Assembly: GCA_048887225.1 (NCBI GenBank)
Contig: JBHLJY010000016.1
Location: 1-49,964 of the forward strand
Source of the DNA: Candidatus Hodarchaeota archaeon
GTDB lineage: Archaea; Asgardarchaeota; Lokiarchaeia; Sigyniarchaeales; SOKP01
Direction of reading: 5' to 3'
DNA length: 49,964 nt
Part shown: positions 39,005 to 47,593 of the stretch, piece by piece
Position numbering within the stretch: position 1 is the first letter of the stretch
Layout of the letters: the number at the start of each line of letters is the position of its first letter
Notes under the pieces: generated by a model
Told to the model about the DNA's origin: nothing
Database searches by the model: none
The model's input: the letters and a program-made list of their open reading frames with translations, nothing else
Position numbers and translations under genes: made by a program

Positions 39005-41767
39005 ATGGAAGGATCTGTATTGGTAATTGGAGGAGGTATAGCCGGGATACAAGCATCCTTGGATCTGACGGATTTAGGATTTAAAGTTTACTTAGTAGAG
39101 AGAAATCCATCAATAGGTGGTCGTATGGCTCAATTTGATAGATTATTCCCTGCTACCGACTGCAGTTTATGTGTTCTCACTCCAAAAATGGTTTCTATAT
39201 ATAGGAATCCAAATATTGAATTGTTTACTCTAACGGAAGTTAAAAAAGTATTAGGAGAACCAGGGAATTTTATAGTTACTGTGATTAAGAAGCCAAGATA
39301 TATTGATGAGACAAAATGCAGAGGATGTGGGGATTGTGCTGCTAAATGCCCGAAGGTGGAAGCTCCAAATATTTTTGATATGAATTTAGGGAAAAGAAAA
39401 TCTATATATCTTCCATTTCCACAAGCAACTCCTCCAGTATATTTAATTGATCCTGAGTTGTGTTTATATCTAAACAGAGATGTATGTGGAGTATGTCAAA
39501 AAGTCTGCAAAGCTGGAGCTATAGATTATGAACAAATACCCCAAGAAATAGAATTAAAAGTTGGAGCTATTGTAGTTGCTACAGGATTCGAGATGCTTGG
39601 GGAGGAATTGCCATCAAGATGGGGTTATAAGTATGAAAATGTTGTTAATGGATTAGAATATGAAAGAATTTTATGTCCCACTGGTCCCTTTGGAGGTCAA
39701 ATTTTACGACCAAGTGATATACAAATACCTGAAAAGATAGCTTTTATTCAATGTGCTGGTTCTGGATATTTAGAAAAAAGCGTACCGTATTGTTCAAGAG
39801 TTTGTTGTATGTATACAGCAAAAAATGCAATTCTTACAAAAGAAAGGTATGAAGATATTCAAATTTCTATATTTAGACATAATATTAGAGTGTTTGGAAA
39901 AAACTTTTATGAATATACTAAATCAGCTCAAGAGGATTACAATATAAGATATCAAAATGCAACAATTAAATATATTAACGAAGATCCAGAAACTAAAGAC
40001 ATAATTATTAAATATGAAGATTTAAAAACAGGAGAGAGAAATAAAGAATTTCGGGCTAATTTAGTAGTATTGGCTGCTCCATTGGTTCCAGCTAAAAGTA
40101 CTGAAGAATTAGCAAAAATATTAGGTATTAAATTAGATTTTAATAAATTTTTTAAAGAAGCATCTTATTTTAATAAATCCTTATCTACAAGAAAAGGAAT
40201 ATACTTATGTGGATTTTGCCAAGGACCAATGAATATATCGGAGACTGTGGTGAATGCAAGCGCAGTGGCAGCTCAAGTTGCTATATTATTGAGTTCTGCT
40301 AAATTTACTCAAGTTAAAGAGAGAGAAAGTGATATCCTACCAAAGAAAGAAATTATAAAGATTACTCCTCGGGCACTAATCATTGGTGGTGGAGTTTCTG
40401 GGATGACAGCAGCACTAAATATTAATAATCAAGGCTTCGAAACGATAATTGTGGAAAAAGAAGAAGAACTAGGTGGTAATTTAAAATATATTAACATTCT
40501 ATATCCAATACGCCAAAAGGCTGAAGCCTTTCTAAATAACCTTCTAAAAAAAATTGAAATGAATGAACGCATTCATGTATATTTTAACTCAAAAATTAAA
40601 AATGTTTCAGGCTCAATTGGTAATTATGATATAACTATAGTAGATTCAAATAAAAATATTCAAAATTTCAAAGTTGGAACAATTATAATCGCAACTGGAA
40701 GTCAGGAATTTAAACCACGTGGAATATTTCAATATAATCCAAATAATAAAAGTATTTTGACTCAATTAGAATTGGAGCAGCGTCTTAAAAATAACGACAC
40801 ATCATGGCTTGACAATTTAAAACATATCACAATAATTATGTGTGTTTATGCGAGATACAAGTTCGGGTTACGTTATTGTTCTAATGTATGTTGCAGTAAT
40901 ACTATTAAAAATATTGATATTTTAAAAGAATTAAAGCCAGAACTTGAAATCGTAGTCCTCTTTAGAGATCTTCACATGGCTAAAAAGGAGTGCGAAGAAA
41001 TGTGCAGAGAAAGAAAAAAAATTGCTAATTATCTAAGATACAATGTAGAAAATATTCCAGAAATTACGAAAATTAAAAACAATCCAGAGAAATACGCTAT
41101 TATATTACAGAACGATTTAAAACCAAATGAATATATAAATTTTGAAACAGATCTTATAATTTTATCAACTCCAATGATTCCATCTGAGGGTTTACAAGAA
41201 TTAGCAAATATATTAAGTGTTCCGTTAGATGAAAATGGATTTTTTATAGAAGCTCACACAAAATTACGACCATTAGATTTTGCAGCACATGGGATTTTCA
41301 TATGTGGTTGTGCTCAATGGCCAAAAAATGTTCAAGATTCAATAGCAGAAGCAAATGGCGCAGCAGGAAGAGCAAGTAGATTCTTAAGTATCAAAGAGAT
41401 ATCAACAACAAAATTGGAATTTCTTTCATTTATGCTTTCTATCGAGTGCTTCTTTAAAGACATGGTCATTAATATTGAAAAGTGTAATGGTTGCGGAAGA
41501 TGCGTAGAAGTTTGTTCTTTTAAAGCAATCAATCTTGTTGATATGAAGAAAGATTTTGAAGATATAAGTCTGCCCATTAAAAAGGCATTTATAAATCCTG
41601 CGATATGTAAAGGGTGTGGGAGGTGTGCAGCAACGTGTAGGTTAAAAGCAATAGACGCAAGACATTACGACTTTAAACAAATTTCTTCAATAATAGATCC
41701 ATATTTTTTAGAAAGAAAAATGTCAAAGGAAGAAAACGAAGAACAACCTTTATTTTCCGTTTTGTAA
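39005..41767 (+). CDS. hdrA: HdrA-family paralog lacking the internal CHC/CTPRTHE module
   Basis: N-terminus nearly identical to the 35058 ORF; two GGGxxG motifs; shorter central region. Confidence 0.9.
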   Translation: MEGSVLVIGGGIAGIQASLDLTDLGFKVYLVERNPSIGGRMAQFDRLFPATDCSLCVLTPKMVSIYRNPNIELFTLTEVKKVLGEPGNFIVTVIKKPRYIDETKCRGCGDCAAKCPKVEAPNIFDMNLGKRKSIYLPFPQATPPVYLIDPELCLYLNRDVCGVCQKVCKAGAIDYEQIPQEIELKVGAIVVATGFEMLGEELPSRWGYKYENVVNGLEYERILCPTGPFGGQILRPSDIQIPEKIAFIQCAGSGYLEKSVPYCSRVCCMYTAKNAILTKERYEDIQISIFRHNIRVFGKNFYEYTKSAQEDYNIRYQNATIKYINEDPETKDIIIKYEDLKTGERNKEFRANLVVLAAPLVPAKSTEELAKILGIKLDFNKFFKEASYFNKSLSTRKGIYLCGFCQGPMNISETVVNASAVAAQVAILLSSAKFTQVKERESDILPKKEIIKITPRALIIGGGVSGMTAALNINNQGFETIIVEKEEELGGNLKYINILYPIRQKAEAFLNNLLKKIEMNERIHVYFNSKIKNVSGSIGNYDITIVDSNKNIQNFKVGTIIIATGSQEFKPRGIFQYNPNNKSILTQLELEQRLKNNDTSWLDNLKHITIIMCVYARYKFGLRYCSNVCCSNTIKNIDILKELKPELEIVVLFRDLHMAKKECEEMCRERKKIANYLRYNVENIPEITKIKNNPEKYAIILQNDLKPNEYINFETDLIILSTPMIPSEGLQELANILSVPLDENGFFIEAHTKLRPLDFAAHGIFICGCAQWPKNVQDSIAEANGAAGRASRFLSIKEISTTKLEFLSFMLSIECFFKDMVINIEKCNGCGRCVEVCSFKAINLVDMKKDFEDISLPIKKAFINPAICKGCGRCAATCRLKAIDARHYDFKQISSIIDPYFLERKMSKEENEEQPLFSVL

Positions 41768-41890
41768 ATCAAAATTTGGGGAGGGATTCATTTACATTTT
41801 TTCATTAATTTGTTTTTCCATTTTAATGTCGGTGCTAGCGATATGAAAATGGAAGAAAATAAGGAATTCGAAACAAGAAATTTGATACCT

Positions 41891-42124
41891 TTAAGTTTTT
41901 AAAATTTTCAATGCTTTATCAATTGTTAAATTTTTTAATTTATACGCTTTTTCATAATGTTCCGAACAGAACCACTCAGCATAGGGTGGATGTCCTACCA
42001 TTCCTTCTCTTTCCATAGTTTCGTCCCATTCAATATCAGAAGAACGCTTTTTAAAATATATTAAGCCACCATCATCCTTATCCATAAAATTTTTATCGCA
42101 TATAGCGCATATTGGAGGTCTCAA
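41891..42124 (-). CDS. Small Cys/His hypothetical protein
   Basis: PPICAIC...GHP...WFCSEH; 16 nt downstream of the GH31 gene. Confidence 0.7.
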   Translation of the reverse strand: MRPPICAICDKNFMDKDDGGLIYFKKRSSDIEWDETMEREGMVGHPPYAEWFCSEHYEKAYKLKNLTIDKALKILKT

Positions 42125-42140
42125 AAAATCATCTCTTGTT

Positions 42141-44117
42141 TTATTCTATATTTTTTATTTGTTCAAACAACTCTGAAAATTTTGAATTTATCCTAAAAAA
42201 TATTGGGGGTTGACCTATAGGTGCATTTACTTTTCTCCACCCTTTTTTATATTTTTCTCCAGACCAAATATGAATCCAAATATCGTCTGGAAAATATACC
42301 TTCCATTTATTTTTATTCGGTTTAATGACCGGAGCAATAAGTAAATCGCTTCCTAATAAAAATTGATATTTAATATGATGAACTTCAGAGTCATTTTCAT
42401 AATGTAAATACAAAGCCCTTATTAGTGGATAACCATTATTTTTATATTCATTAGAAAGATGCTTAAAATAAGGTTTTAGATGTACATAAATTTTACTCAT
42501 CTTTGCAAAATGTTCAAGGCATTCATCATCAGAATCAAATTGCCAGTTCAAATCAGGATTAACACCCTCATGAGATCTCATAACAGGACTGAAAACTTCC
42601 AATTCAGCCCAACGCATAAATAGTTCTTTATCGCGCCTAATTTCTTTAAAAGTGTGAAAACCGCCGATATCTGTATGGAAATATCCTATACCACATATGC
42701 CTAATGAGATTCCAGCAGGTATTACCGATGCTAATCCATCATCTATACTCCAATTTACGAGTTGATCTCCTGCCCAAACTAATGTTGTATACTTGGAGAT
42801 TCCAGAATAGCCTGCTCGAGTAAAAAACACAATTTCTCCTATTTTATTAGCTTCTTTAATAGCTTCATATATGGTTTTTGCCCAAATCACAGGATATTTA
42901 TTATGGAAAAGCTCTAGATCTTCTCCAGAAGATAAAACCGCATCAATAGGGAGATATTCACCATAATCTGCCATCCAACCATCTAAACCGATATTGATCA
43001 TATTTCTTTTTATTAATAATTTCAACCAATCAATCGCTTTGCTATTTGATAAATCAATCATAGTTGCTTTTTGACTATCAGTTCGAACATCATAATCATT
43101 TCCTTCTTGATCTTTTATGCAAAAACCTTTTTTTGAAGCCACCTTAAATTGTTCACTATCCATAGCTAAGAATGAATTAATATATCCAAGAAATCTGATT
43201 CCCTTTTGTTTCAATTTTTTTATGAAGGATGGTAAATCTGGATAAATTTTATTATCATATTCCCAATTCCACAATAAACGCTTGCCTGAAGGCATCATGC
43301 GGATCCCTTGCCAATCTTGGCACCATACACCAGCAATTTTAACACCTTTTTCGCCTGCTTGATTTATTTTTTGTTCTACAATATCAGTTCCGCCTTGTAT
43401 TCCTAGCCAAACTCCATCATACACCCAATCAGGCAATTCTGGTTGCCGACCTAAGTAATCAGATAATTTATTTACTACTTCAAGAGCAGTATCAAATTTA
43501 CCAATTATAATTCTTTCAGGTATACACCATATATATAACTCATGAAAATCTTCATTGTCAAAGTTAAATTTTGAATAACTTGTTGCTAATACATGACAAT
43601 AATAATTATTTGAAGATACAAATGTAGGCTGAGGATAATATGTAGTATACCAATCCCCTGTTATAGGTGGCGAACCCCTTCCAATTCCTTGTTCTTCTAC
43701 CCACAAGGGAACTTCTTTTCCCCTTAAATTCAATTCTGAATATTGTTCCCCACATCCATATATTGCTTCATCATATTGAGCTGGGATTTTTATCCAAAAT
43801 CGATTTATTTGTTTATTTGAGCACTCTGGTTTTATAATTAAAAAGCTACCTGAATCAACTAGAGAAACGTTCAATTCCGCTTCTGAAGAGAAAAATCTGA
43901 GTGATATTTTATTTTCAGATTTAGATATTATTTCATAATTTTCTAAATTGAATTCATTTTTTAATTTCTCTTTAATTCTAAAATGACCATAATTGCTTTT
44001 ATAGCGAGCTGTGCCAATCCCTATCTTAAAACATGGTTGATTTGAAACATGATGTAAAATTAAATAATCTTTATAAAAGAAGTTAAAACCGTCTGATAAA
44101 ATTTCAATTCGAATCAT
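42141..44117 (-). CDS. yihQ: GH31 alpha-glycosidase, sulfoquinovosidase (YihQ)-like
   Basis: GCGEQYS, YYPQPTFVSS, LGIQGG, QDWQG...GKRLLWNW, GWMADYGEYLP (nucleophile), WAGDQ (acid/base), MRSHEG. Confidence 0.8.
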   Translation of the reverse strand: MIRIEILSDGFNFFYKDYLILHHVSNQPCFKIGIGTARYKSNYGHFRIKEKLKNEFNLENYEIISKSENKISLRFFSSEAELNVSLVDSGSFLIIKPECSNKQINRFWIKIPAQYDEAIYGCGEQYSELNLRGKEVPLWVEEQGIGRGSPPITGDWYTTYYPQPTFVSSNNYYCHVLATSYSKFNFDNEDFHELYIWCIPERIIIGKFDTALEVVNKLSDYLGRQPELPDWVYDGVWLGIQGGTDIVEQKINQAGEKGVKIAGVWCQDWQGIRMMPSGKRLLWNWEYDNKIYPDLPSFIKKLKQKGIRFLGYINSFLAMDSEQFKVASKKGFCIKDQEGNDYDVRTDSQKATMIDLSNSKAIDWLKLLIKRNMINIGLDGWMADYGEYLPIDAVLSSGEDLELFHNKYPVIWAKTIYEAIKEANKIGEIVFFTRAGYSGISKYTTLVWAGDQLVNWSIDDGLASVIPAGISLGICGIGYFHTDIGGFHTFKEIRRDKELFMRWAELEVFSPVMRSHEGVNPDLNWQFDSDDECLEHFAKMSKIYVHLKPYFKHLSNEYKNNGYPLIRALYLHYENDSEVHHIKYQFLLGSDLLIAPVIKPNKNKWKVYFPDDIWIHIWSGEKYKKGWRKVNAPIGQPPIFFRINSKFSELFEQIKNIE

Positions 44118-44167
44118 CTTCTAACAAATATTATAGATAATCAAATTATATGTTATTAATATATTAT

Positions 44168-45289
44168 TTACCCATTTTTTTTAAAAAATGGAATAATTTC
44201 ATCAGAAATTATCTGTGATACATCCCAATAGGTAAAAGGAGCATTTTTACTCGAAGCACTGTTCCAAATCTCGAAAATAAAGTATTGTGCCCCTGCATCA
44301 ATGTAATTTTGAATTTTTTTAATGATCTCTTCTTTAGTTCCTATCAAGGTATTTTCACGTATCATTTTATCTGGAATCTGGTCATTAATTGTAGATAATT
44401 TATTAATATCAAATTTTCCAACATCTTCCCGGTCAATTTGAAGTAAGCTCATCTCATCGCAGTTATAACCTGTTGCTTCACAATATAATTCGTCAAATTC
44501 GTCTTTCCAAAATCCAAGTTTCTTAATTAAAGAAGGCTGGAACACCCAAGTCATTTTAAGAGCATTAATCTGTTCACTTATTCTCTTTTCGTCATTGTTC
44601 AAATATATGCGGTGGAATACAGCAAAAGTGAATTTATCTATCTCACGACCTTCTTTTTTGATAACTTCAGCAATTTCATTTCGACCTTCCTTAAATACAT
44701 CAGTAATAACACCCAAGGGCATCCAACCATCTGCTATTTCAGCGGTCATTTCCCGAGTTTTTGGACTATTTGCCGCAACCCATACGGGTATTTCTGAAAT
44801 CGGTTTCGGAAGTAATACAGCCTTTTTCGTTTGGTAATACTTACCATTAAACGTTACTCTCTTACCTTTTTTCCAAAATAATTTCATTAATTGGATAGAT
44901 TCCCTCATCTTTCCAAGAGCATGATCGTATGGGATATTGTATGCCTTTAAATTCATCCCTTCACCAGCTCCTATTCCTAAAATAAAATTGCCCCCATTCA
45001 TATGATTAATCGTCGTAGCCATTTGGCCTAAAACAGCAGGGTGATATCTGTGTGGATCAGTTACAGCAGATCCGAAGGTTTTCCCTTTAGTTAATTCTAT
45101 AAATGAGCCGAACATAGGCCATAAGGTTAGAAAATCATCGATTGTACCTCCTGGAATACCACTCAAATGATCAGGCAGCCAGATTGAATCCCAATTTTCC
45201 CGATTAGCAGCTATAATTTTTTTTCTAACAAATTCATAAGAATTGGAATAAAACAATTGAGTTCCAAATTTAATTTCATTATTTAGCAT
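44168..45289 (-). CDS. LLM-class (luciferase-like) oxidoreductase, probably F420-dependent
   Basis: WLPDH, VTDPHRYHPAVLGQ, LGIGAGEGMN, ADGW. Confidence 0.85.
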   Translation of the reverse strand: MLNNEIKFGTQLFYSNSYEFVRKKIIAANRENWDSIWLPDHLSGIPGGTIDDFLTLWPMFGSFIELTKGKTFGSAVTDPHRYHPAVLGQMATTINHMNGGNFILGIGAGEGMNLKAYNIPYDHALGKMRESIQLMKLFWKKGKRVTFNGKYYQTKKAVLLPKPISEIPVWVAANSPKTREMTAEIADGWMPLGVITDVFKEGRNEIAEVIKKEGREIDKFTFAVFHRIYLNNDEKRISEQINALKMTWVFQPSLIKKLGFWKDEFDELYCEATGYNCDEMSLLQIDREDVGKFDINKLSTINDQIPDKMIRENTLIGTKEEIIKKIQNYIDAGAQYFIFEIWNSASSKNAPFTYWDVSQIISDEIIPFFKKNG

Positions 45290-46358
45290 GTTCTTCGAAC
45301 ATTTCCCTGTTTAATTCAACACCTAATCCTGGTTTTTCAATAGCGTTTACAAAACCTTTTTCAACTTGTATAGGTTCTTCGAGAAGTTGATATTCATCAG
45401 GAATAAATGGAAATTCGCACCAATCACACCTTGTTGACATAATAAAATGAAGATTGGCTGCTAGAATGTGCCCAAATCCAAAGATATGAGGAATACAGCG
45501 AACTCCTTTAACTTCTGCCATCGCATCGATTTTTTTTAATTGTAGAAAACCTCCACTACGAGTTACATCGGGTTGAATGATATCAAAGCATCCTCGAGAA
45601 AGAATATCTTCAAAGCGAAATATACCCATATCGTTTTCACCTCCAGCAATTTCGACAGGAGATTTTTCTCTTATTTTAGCTAATCCATTGAGATTATCCG
45701 TAGGGATTGGTTCCTCTAACCAAGTAATATTATGTTTAGCACAAATATTAGCGATTTGAAGTGCCTCATTGACAGATTGATATGCTGAATTAGCGTCAAC
45801 CATGATATCTATATCGGGAAAAGCGTCCCTTATAGCTTCCATTAACGCATCATCTTTATTCGGACCATTTCCGATTCTCAATTTCACTGCTTTAAAACCT
45901 CCCAAATCCAAAGCAGCTTGAACTGCACCCACAGCCGCCTTAGCAGAATATCCCCTAGGCATAGATGCATAACATCGGATTCTTCTTTTCCTCCCTCCTA
46001 ATAATTTATAAATCGGTTGCTTAGTAGCTTTACCAATTATGTCCCAACAAGCAATCATAATTGCGGAGGTTGATTGTGGTATGCCAAACATAATTCGATT
46101 GCTATTTTGATAAAGTGTATGATAGATCTCTTCAACCATAAAAGGATCCTTCTTTAAAACAAGGCTCTTTAAAGCCTCATCGATGAACTGTTTTTGAGCT
46201 AAATTGCTTAAATTCCAATGAGATAAAGCCCAACCATCTATTCCATCATCAGTTATAATATTTGTGTATAATCCAGTTGCTTTAAATCGTGGCATAGAGC
46301 CAATTTTAATTTTAAAATCAAGCTCTAATAAATAAGTTTTAAGATCTATTATCTTCAT
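45279..46358 (-). CDS. Mandelate racemase/enolase-superfamily acid-sugar dehydratase
   Basis: WDIIGK...PIYKLLGG, KxR (KLRIG), metal ligands VDAN/WLEEP/GGEN, QPD, PH. Confidence 0.88.
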   Translation of the reverse strand: MKIIDLKTYLLELDFKIKIGSMPRFKATGLYTNIITDDGIDGWALSHWNLSNLAQKQFIDEALKSLVLKKDPFMVEEIYHTLYQNSNRIMFGIPQSTSAIMIACWDIIGKATKQPIYKLLGGRKRRIRCYASMPRGYSAKAAVGAVQAALDLGGFKAVKLRIGNGPNKDDALMEAIRDAFPDIDIMVDANSAYQSVNEALQIANICAKHNITWLEEPIPTDNLNGLAKIREKSPVEIAGGENDMGIFRFEDILSRGCFDIIQPDVTRSGGFLQLKKIDAMAEVKGVRCIPHIFGFGHILAANLHFIMSTRCDWCEFPFIPDEYQLLEEPIQVEKGFVNAIEKPGLGVELNREMFEEHAK

Positions 46359-46481
46359 AGAACATCTGAACTAAAAGGTTTTAATTAATAATTTTTATTA
46401 TATAGTTAATTTTTTGGATAAGAATTATTTAATTCTTTTGATTATTTCAAATTCTGAAATTACTTCACGAACTGATATTTA

Positions 46482-47492
46482 ATGACTGAATCAATAAAAA
46501 GAGATCCCTTTGAAGGCTTGTATGAGGTTTATTTGCTTTTTTTTGAAGAAACTAAAGGAAATTTTCCGTTTTTTATTTATCCCGATGAAACTATAAAAAA
46601 TAACACAGAAAAGATGCGGCCCATAAATATCCATACTATATGGTGGATGGACATGAAAGATCAAGCAGTAATGGACCATGTAGACCTCGAATATGGTGAT
46701 AAGATGTATATTGCTCGGAAATTCTTGACACTATCAAAAAGGAAAAAAAAAGGAGTGAAATTTGATAATTATACACCTGAAACAATAATCATTATATTAA
46801 CCATACCAAATGATCTATATATTTTTGGAGGAGCCCTCCTTAATCAACTAACAATAAATATTATTAAGAATTTTGAAGGAAAATTATACCACGTAATTGA
46901 ATCCGAAATTGCTAAAGAAAAAATCATAAAAACGCCTGAAATAAAAAAAATTATAGATAAAGGAGATGTTATTAAAGAAAGAATGAAAGATATTGTATTA
47001 GTTACTTGTAAGCACTATTTCTCTTCAGTTATTAAGAAAAATAACCTCAAATCAATAAAACAACAAAAGGCTCTCTCTTATCTTTCTCTGAAGGGAATTG
47101 ATTTTTCTTACTTAGCTAAATGTGTGGATAATGAAGAGTTTTCAAATATTAGATTATTTGATATTAAAATGAAGTCAGAAAATAGATCCGTTCTTAGAAC
47201 ACCATTAACAATTTCAAACGTAAAAATAAATGAAGGTAGTAATGAATTAGAAATAATTGTTCGAAATAAGACTGAAAAAGAACTTAATAATGTTTTAGTG
47301 AAAATAACTCAATTAAAGGAATTCTACGAAAGTGAAATTATGGGTCATAAAATAGATCAATGGTTTCCAGAAGAAGAATTGTTATTTATATCACCAATTC
47401 TACCAAATATCAATGATTATAATTTGTTTATAAAAGATGATGATAATCACTTGCTTTCGAAAAAAATCAATTTTACCATGCCAAAATTTTAA
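46482..47492 (+). CDS. Hypothetical protein, uDENN/longin-like N-terminus plus C-terminal beta-domain (paralog 1)
   Basis: VYLLFFEETKGNFPFFIYP; C-terminal WFPEEELLFISP shared with the next gene. Confidence 0.7.
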   Translation: MTESIKRDPFEGLYEVYLLFFEETKGNFPFFIYPDETIKNNTEKMRPINIHTIWWMDMKDQAVMDHVDLEYGDKMYIARKFLTLSKRKKKGVKFDNYTPETIIIILTIPNDLYIFGGALLNQLTINIIKNFEGKLYHVIESEIAKEKIIKTPEIKKIIDKGDVIKERMKDIVLVTCKHYFSSVIKKNNLKSIKQQKALSYLSLKGIDFSYLAKCVDNEEFSNIRLFDIKMKSENRSVLRTPLTISNVKINEGSNELEIIVRNKTEKELNNVLVKITQLKEFYESEIMGHKIDQWFPEEELLFISPILPNINDYNLFIKDDDNHLLSKKINFTMPKF

Positions 47493-47593
47493 AATCACTG
47501 TCCAATTTTTAATAGCTTTGTAGTTTTAGTCTTTTATAATTTCGAATTTTTGTTTTATAGTTAATTTTTTAGGAGAAGTAATATTATTTTCTC

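Noticed and set aside
28602-41767. Evidence of methanogenesis
   Set aside because: Hdr/Mvh/FrhB modules are widespread in non-methanogens, and there are no mcr or mtr genes in the window.
44168-45289. LLM as an O2-dependent sulfoquinovose monooxygenase (sulfo-SMO pathway)
   Set aside because: No flavin reductase nearby, an anaerobic gene context, and motifs closer to F420-dependent dehydrogenases. Disfavoured, not disproven.
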